From: a virus
Lineage: Duplodnaviria > Caudoviricetes
IMG/VR virus record: IMGVR_UViG_3300028588_000816
Span: 1 to 38,567 of that record
DNA: 38,567 nucleotides
Reading direction: 5' to 3' (one strand)
Shown here: positions 33,563-38,567 of the stretch, piece by piece
Layout: each line of letters begins with the position of its first letter
How positions within the stretch are numbered: position 1 is the first letter of the stretch
Made by a program: the position numbers and the translations under genes
Notes under the pieces: generated by a model
What the model saw: only the letters and a program-made list of their open reading frames with translations
The model's database searches: none
Told to the model about the DNA's origin: nothing

Positions 33563-35422
33563 ATGCTGAGCGTAATGCCAACTGGCAAACAGCAATACAC
33601 GAATGATGCCGGCGTGCCGCTGGCCGGTGGTTTCGTCTATACCTTCGAGACCGGGACCACCACCCCGAAGGCAACGTACCAGGATGCGGCCGGCACCGTC
33701 GAGAACGCGAATCCCATCGTTCTGGACGCCCGGGGCGAAGCGCTCATCTACTGGGATGGCAGCTATGCCGTGAAGGTGACCGACACGAACGGCAAGATGA
33801 TCTACACGATCCCGAGTTACCAGGCGCCGCTGATGATCGCGGACCTCGAAGCCGACGATGGCGCCGAGCTGGTGAACGGCACCTGGTTCGAAGGCGCGAA
33901 GGCGCGCCTTTCCGCTCTCGGGACCCTGCTTGGGGCATCGCTCATTGGCTTTATCGCCGCCGGCGCCGGCGCCATTATCCGCAGCGTCGAATCGAAACTT
34001 CGCGAGCGGCCCAGCGTGCTGGACTATGGCGCCAAGGGTGACGGCGTCAAGGACGACTCGGATGCCATCCTGAAGGCGATCGCCGCGCGCAAAGGCAAGC
34101 GCCTGGAGTTCCCGGCGGGCACCTACCGGGTCACGAAGCCGCTGCTGCTGGATACCGGCAACACGGAATGGCTGTTCGAGCAGGGCGCGGCCCTCGACTT
34201 CCACCTCACCGAATCGAGCGCATACCCGATCACGTGTTCGCCGGGCGACTACGGCCCGTTCACCATCGACGGGCTGACGCTCGACGCGCATTATGCCGGC
34301 GCCGGCGCCCTCAAGATCACGAAGGGCGCGCCAAAGCTGCGAAACATCACCGTCAACGAGTCGGTTTCGGATTCGTTTTTCTTCGAGCTGGACGCCGCGC
34401 GGTACGACTGGGTCGAGAACTTGGTGATGGAGAACTGCCTCGCAAACGGTTCGGGTAACTGCCTGATTCATGTGTACATGCGGGGCATCTGGAACGGCAC
34501 GCCGTTTTTCAACGAAAGCTTCATCAGCCAGCTGGAGGCGCGCGGCCTGGGCACCAAAGTGGCCGGCGCAAACGCGATCCGCTTCACCTTCGACGGGACC
34601 ACGATTGCACCGGTGACTTCCTTCACCCTGCTGCAGGCGAACTTCGACGCCAAGGTATCTGGTGCCGTAGGCCAGGTGTCGCACGCGATCTATGCGAAGT
34701 CGATCAACGGTGGCAAGGGCATGCTCGAATCGTTCTTCGTCAAAGGTGGCGGATGGGAGAGCACTGGCGGCGTGGCCCAGGCCGGCTTGAAGAACATCGA
34801 GTTGGACGATGGCGTCACGATCACGAACAGCAACATGTTCGGCATCGTGAACTACAACTGGTGCTACGGCCCGGGCGACCGCTACACGAAGGAAGCTTCG
34901 AACTACTACGCCGACGCGTTCGGCGCGTACTACCCGCTCGGCCTGACGAAGCCCGACGGGTCCGCGTTGAAAGGCCTGGGCGGCTTCATCGCCGGTTTTT
35001 CGAACGCTCCCACAGCCTACCGCTACCGTGACTTCCTAGTGCAGGCCGGCCCGAAAAACATCGACATCCCGTTCATCCTGATGCCGGACAACAATATCCC
35101 GGCGCCGATCTACGTCTCGATCTTCCACAAGGCCTATCCGGACAGCCTGGGGACCTACGGCGAGGGCTTCTACATGGTGACGCCGAGCCGCACGGCCGCC
35201 AATTTCGTGCAGTGGGCGGTCAAGTCCTTCGGGTCGGGCAATGCGACCTATTCGTTCGACCCGAATGCGGTGACGTTCTCGATTCCCGAAAACGGCGTGC
35301 TGCGCGTCACGATCCCCGGCGGCGCCAATGTCGGCACCAGCGGGGCAAACACGGCCTTCGACATCTCGGCCAGCCGCATGCAGGTCGACCTGCCGGGCAT
35401 TTTCCCGGCGCTGCCAATCTAA
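33563..35422 (+). CDS. Tailspike (head-binding N-terminus plus beta-helix depolymerase)
   Basis: GVPLAGGFVYTFETGTTTPKATYQD...NPIVLDARGEA; VLDYGAKGDGVKDDSDAILKAI...FPAGTY. Confidence 0.88.
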   Translation: MLSVMPTGKQQYTNDAGVPLAGGFVYTFETGTTTPKATYQDAAGTVENANPIVLDARGEALIYWDGSYAVKVTDTNGKMIYTIPSYQAPLMIADLEADDGAELVNGTWFEGAKARLSALGTLLGASLIGFIAAGAGAIIRSVESKLRERPSVLDYGAKGDGVKDDSDAILKAIAARKGKRLEFPAGTYRVTKPLLLDTGNTEWLFEQGAALDFHLTESSAYPITCSPGDYGPFTIDGLTLDAHYAGAGALKITKGAPKLRNITVNESVSDSFFFELDAARYDWVENLVMENCLANGSGNCLIHVYMRGIWNGTPFFNESFISQLEARGLGTKVAGANAIRFTFDGTTIAPVTSFTLLQANFDAKVSGAVGQVSHAIYAKSINGGKGMLESFFVKGGGWESTGGVAQAGLKNIELDDGVTITNSNMFGIVNYNWCYGPGDRYTKEASNYYADAFGAYYPLGLTKPDGSALKGLGGFIAGFSNAPTAYRYRDFLVQAGPKNIDIPFILMPDNNIPAPIYVSIFHKAYPDSLGTYGEGFYMVTPSRTAANFVQWAVKSFGSGNATYSFDPNAVTFSIPENGVLRVTIPGGANVGTSGANTAFDISASRMQVDLPGIFPALPI

Positions 35423-35432
35423 AGGAAACATC

Positions 35433-35789
35433 ATGATCGAAAAACCACCGCAGCCCGGCTTCGACCTCGACGCCATGCTCAGCTGGGCGCTGCTGATCGG
35501 CTTGTCCCTCTGGGGCGGCGTCGCCAGCTTCATGCGCAAGCTGAAGGACGGCCACGTGCGCGTCTTCAACATCACCGAGCTGATCGGCGAACTTGTCATC
35601 TCCGGCTTTACCGGCATCGTGGTCGCGAACCTGTGCGACTCGATCCCCTGCCCGACGCCCCTGAAATACGCCCTGGTCGGCATCGCCGCCCACATGGGTT
35701 CGCGCGCGCTGTTCAAGCTCGAATCAATGGTCAACCAGAAGTTCAACCTGCCGGCTGACGCGCCGGCGCAACCCGAGGAGAAAAACTGA
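35433..35789 (+). CDS. Holin
   Basis: 118 aa with 2-3 TM segments; SLWGGVASF...GIAAHMGSRAL; precedes the endolysin. Confidence 0.85.
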   Translation: MIEKPPQPGFDLDAMLSWALLIGLSLWGGVASFMRKLKDGHVRVFNITELIGELVISGFTGIVVANLCDSIPCPTPLKYALVGIAAHMGSRALFKLESMVNQKFNLPADAPAQPEEKN

Positions 35790-36244
35790 TGCCGCCTTCC
35801 GCATTCATCGGCATGCTGGCCGGCGCCGCCCAGGACTGCATGCGCAAGACCGGGATCCCGGCATCCATCACGCTGGCCCAGGCCGCACTCGAATCCAGCT
35901 GGGGGGCGCGCGCCATCGGCAACAACCTGTTCGGCATCAAGGCGGACAAGAGCTGGACCGGCCCCACCGTCACCTTCAAGACCACGGAACACCTGGCCGG
36001 CAAGGACGTGAAGATGCCCGACCGCTTCCGCGCCTACGACAGCTGGCTGGCCAGCATGGTCGACCACGCGCAGTTCCTGCTGAAGAACCCGCGCTACCGG
36101 GACTGCTTCAAGCAGATCGACGGCGCCGGTTGGGCGCGCGCGCTGCAGGCCGCCGGCTACGCCACCGACCCGGACTACGCGAAGAAGCTGATCGACATCA
36201 TGCGCGGCCGGAATCTGGGCTTCTACGACAAGGTGAAGCCGTGA
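35789..36244 (+). CDS. Endolysin, glucosaminidase/FlgJ-like (GH73)
   Basis: TLAQAALESSWG...NNLFGIKA...FRAYDS...GYATDPDY. Confidence 0.92.
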   Translation: MPPSAFIGMLAGAAQDCMRKTGIPASITLAQAALESSWGARAIGNNLFGIKADKSWTGPTVTFKTTEHLAGKDVKMPDRFRAYDSWLASMVDHAQFLLKNPRYRDCFKQIDGAGWARALQAAGYATDPDYAKKLIDIMRGRNLGFYDKVKP

Positions 36245-36729
36245 ACGCGCTCGAGCGCTGGTTCTCGGGCGCCCTGGTGCTGGCCGGGCTGCTGGTCGTG
36301 GCCGCGCTGGGCGTGCATCGCTACGGCCTGGAGCAGTACGGCGAGGGGTACGACGCCGCGCTTGAGGCGCGCGCCGGCGCCGACACCCTGGCCGTGGCCA
36401 AGCGCGCCGACGACAACCAGGCAACGGCCGCGCGCCAGGCCGCCAGCAACGCAACCATCACGGAGAAAAAGCATGAAGAGATTCAGCCTGTTCGCGAGCG
36501 CATTGTTACTCAGCGCGTGTACGTCGGCGCCGCGGTATGTGGTGAGCGACCTGCCGTCCCGGCCGAAGCGGAAGGCGCCGCCGGCGGCGATGTCGCCGAT
36601 TCCGCCCGCCGGCTGGTTCGAGAAGACGTTGAGCGAGATATTAGAGCGCTGAAGCTCCAGGTAGAGGAGCATCTGGCCACGGCCCGGGCGTGCCAGCAGG
36701 TGCTGCGCGACGAGGGCATGGCGCCGTGA
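36241..36729 (+). CDS. rz: i-spanin (Rz-like)
   Basis: GTG start, N-terminal TM segment, coiled coil, C-terminal ACQ. Confidence 0.8.
   Translation: MNALERWFSGALVLAGLLVVAALGVHRYGLEQYGEGYDAALEARAGADTLAVAKRADDNQATAARQAASNATITEKKHEEIQPVRERIVTQRVYVGAAVCGERPAVPAEAEGAAGGDVADSARRLVREDVERDIRALKLQVEEHLATARACQQVLRDEGMAP
36473..36652 (+). CDS. rz1: o-spanin (Rz1-like) lipoprotein embedded in Rz
   Basis: GGAG RBS; MKRFSLFASALLLSAC lipobox; Pro-rich. Confidence 0.8.
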   Translation: MKRFSLFASALLLSACTSAPRYVVSDLPSRPKRKAPPAAMSPIPPAGWFEKTLSEILER

Positions 36730-36890
36730 TGGACCTGCATGTGCACATCCCCGGCCGAGCGCCGGAACACGTGGTGCGCGTGATCGATGGCCGCGCGGTT
36801 ATCGTACCGCCGGCCCGGGCCCAAACCCCGGTGCCGGCCCAGGTCGAACAGACTTCCGTTCAGACGTCCATTTCGAACTTAACGCAGTAG
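36729..36890 (+). CDS. Hypothetical protein (53 aa)
   Basis: TGATG overlap with the rz stop. Confidence 0.45.
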   Translation: MDLHVHIPGRAPEHVVRVIDGRAVIVPPARAQTPVPAQVEQTSVQTSISNLTQ

Positions 36891-38308
36891 TGGCGAATTT
36901 TTTCGGGCACTTGATACCCGAGCGTTTTGAAGTGCGACTGGCGGTCTGTTTGAACCATAAGCTGACCGCGTCCGGAACTCCAGCCATCAGAAGTAGAGTC
37001 CCTGGAATTCCCCAGCGCATATTGAATCTTAGCGCCGGTGCCAGTTGGAATAGATGCAAGTACGATCCGAACGTTATTGCTCGACGTTACCGATACAGAC
37101 GCGATTTCCTGAATGCCGTTTGAATCGACATACGTGAAACCTTTATTTTTCGCAGCGGCCACAAAGTCCGTATCAAGCGCAAGAGTGCCCTCAGGCACTT
37201 CTAGCAAGATATCGACATTGGAGCCGTTTCGAGTGACCTTGATCGGCTGGAGAGGTTTCCACGGCTTACCTCGCACATTTTCTTGCAGGTAGGCGTCGGA
37301 GATCATCTCTCCGAGCATTACGCGACCGGTTACGGACGTGTGAATGTTATCCTCGGAGAGCAAGACAATCGGGCATTGATACATCGGGCCGATGAGCCGC
37401 ACGCCGTCGGCGAAACGCGTTCGCGCCACATCCCACTGTGCAAGATTCGTCGATTCCATCATCGACACCTTCGGCTCCGGATCCGGCCAATCGCCAATGT
37501 TCGTTTGAACGATAGCAAATTTCGCCAGGTCGTTTTGTCCCATCGCGGCTTTTGCAGCTGGCCTGAAGGTATCAATAAACGTATTCAGGGCTTCTGCGTA
37601 AGTAGATCGTCCATGCTCACCGCTTTCGCCCTGGATCCACACCATCCATTTCTCTTCAATTTGGGTACTGCGGGAAGCCGCAACAGCTGCTGCACGTTTT
37701 CGTGCCTGGATAGCGTTATCCCACCAATAGCTACCGCTGGCCCCCGCTTTGAAATGGGAGATTGGCATGCTACCGGACCAGGTCGTCTGGGTAAAAAGTT
37801 GCGGCGAACTATAGCCAGCTGCAACAGCGTGAATCGCTAGGGTGGCTATGTAATTATTTGTGGGGTCGATGTCGTAAGCCGGCTCGAAATCGACTAAGTC
37901 GTCGACAGATTGCGCTTCAAAGCCGGTGGCCGCCTTGCCGTTCTTCGAAAACTGTAAAACCTGCCCAGCATTTGGCTTTTCGTCGTATTTGCCCGATAAG
38001 TACTGACGCGGTGCGCCGCTATTGCTTTGTCCCTGGAAGCTCAAGAAATCAAGCTTTTTCACGGGCGTAGGCGCCGGTGCTGGTGCAGGTGCCGGCTCGG
38101 GTACCGGCGCGGGCGTGGGTACTGGTGCAGGCGGAGCCACAGCCGCAGGTGCGGGCGCCGGGGTAGTCGAGGGCGACGAACTGCTGCCGCCACCACAGGC
38201 AGTCAGCGCGGCGCTACCAGTCATTGCGGTCATTGGCAGCATCGGCGCTGCACCGAAGAACCGCAGCAACTGGCGGCGCAGTGGATTGAGGTTACTATTT
38301 TTGCTCAT
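36860..38308 (-). CDS. Tat-exported lipoprotein with Pro-rich linker and SGNH/sialate O-acetylesterase-like domain (moron)
   Basis: LRRQLL twin-Arg, LTAC lipobox, PAPAP linker, GQSN, WIQGES and DNIH motifs; lower GC; antisense to the late operon. Confidence 0.8.
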   Translation of the reverse strand: MSKNSNLNPLRRQLLRFFGAAPMLPMTAMTGSAALTACGGGSSSSPSTTPAPAPAAVAPPAPVPTPAPVPEPAPAPAPAPTPVKKLDFLSFQGQSNSGAPRQYLSGKYDEKPNAGQVLQFSKNGKAATGFEAQSVDDLVDFEPAYDIDPTNNYIATLAIHAVAAGYSSPQLFTQTTWSGSMPISHFKAGASGSYWWDNAIQARKRAAAVAASRSTQIEEKWMVWIQGESGEHGRSTYAEALNTFIDTFRPAAKAAMGQNDLAKFAIVQTNIGDWPDPEPKVSMMESTNLAQWDVARTRFADGVRLIGPMYQCPIVLLSEDNIHTSVTGRVMLGEMISDAYLQENVRGKPWKPLQPIKVTRNGSNVDILLEVPEGTLALDTDFVAAAKNKGFTYVDSNGIQEIASVSVTSSNNVRIVLASIPTGTGAKIQYALGNSRDSTSDGWSSGRGQLMVQTDRQSHFKTLGYQVPEKIRHYCVKFEMDV

Positions 38309-38567
38309 GCGAGTTTCAGAAATCGAAGGAACGGACGACCGGCGTACAGTCGAGGAAGATCTGGAACGCAAGGATAGTCGATAACGTAACTTGGCTAGAA
38401 GATATTTCGCACAAGAAATTGACGTTGCGTTCCAAATGCAACGTCGTGCTCACGATTCGTGCCGTGAGTGATTCCGCCAGCACCGCTACCAACTCCCGCA
38501 CTCGGCAGATGAGCGTCAGGCTAGTGCCGTTTTCTTCCAGGAAGCCAACCGCTTGGCGGTCGGCCAT

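Larger units (their letters stand above)
1..38308. mobile_element. Temperate prophage, lambdoid organisation with P22/Sf6-like podovirus structural genes (att sites not visible)
   Basis: Contiguous int-xis, early, immunity, replication, Q, packaging, head, ejection, tailspike and lysis modules. Confidence 0.95.

Noticed and set aside
33070-35422. Tailspike or gp53-like gene as a remote DGR target
   Set aside because: By eye, no match to the TR or its invariant 3' end (GAGCTCCGCGCCCGCGCGGTCCGCAG) in these or other structural genes; a BLASTN of the TR against the window would confirm.
38316-38567. 83-aa minus-strand ORF at the window end
   Set aside because: No recognisable motif and no upstream context; cannot be supported as a gene.
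1-38567. attL/attR direct repeats and tRNA genes
   Set aside because: The window starts at the int stop codon, so the int-proximal att lies outside it; no tRNA-like cloverleaf was recognised.

Overview
The window is a near-complete GC-rich temperate prophage, probably betaproteobacterial (inferred from GC content and a CTGT-N8-ACAG LexA box). It has a lambdoid layout with P22/Sf6-like podovirus morphogenesis genes. Order: integrase/excisionase; leftward early operon; immunity region (cI without a peptidase domain, cro, pL/pR with TAGCWTTGCTA operators); rightward early genes with putative anti-defence sponges; O-like initiator with iterons; DnaB; a second tyrosine recombinase; Q-like antiterminator; TerS; a five-gene insert; TerL, portal, scaffold, capsid, ejection proteins, tail hub and tailspike; holin, GH73 endolysin and Rz/Rz1; then a Tat-lipoprotein SGNH esterase moron. 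The most notable element is a complete diversity-generating retroelement (DGR) inside the early left operon: RT, a 108-bp TR, avd and two tandem target genes whose VRs differ from the TR almost only at adenines. The targets are apparently cytoplasmic DUF1566/CLec-like proteins rather than the tailspike. One VR carries a 1-nt deletion at a TR adenine, and both VRs are followed by a shared motif that the TR lacks. The second highlight is a small gene behind a LexA box whose product resembles the repressor C-terminal domain, a candidate mimic antirepressor. All family assignments come from reading motifs by eye; no database searches were run.
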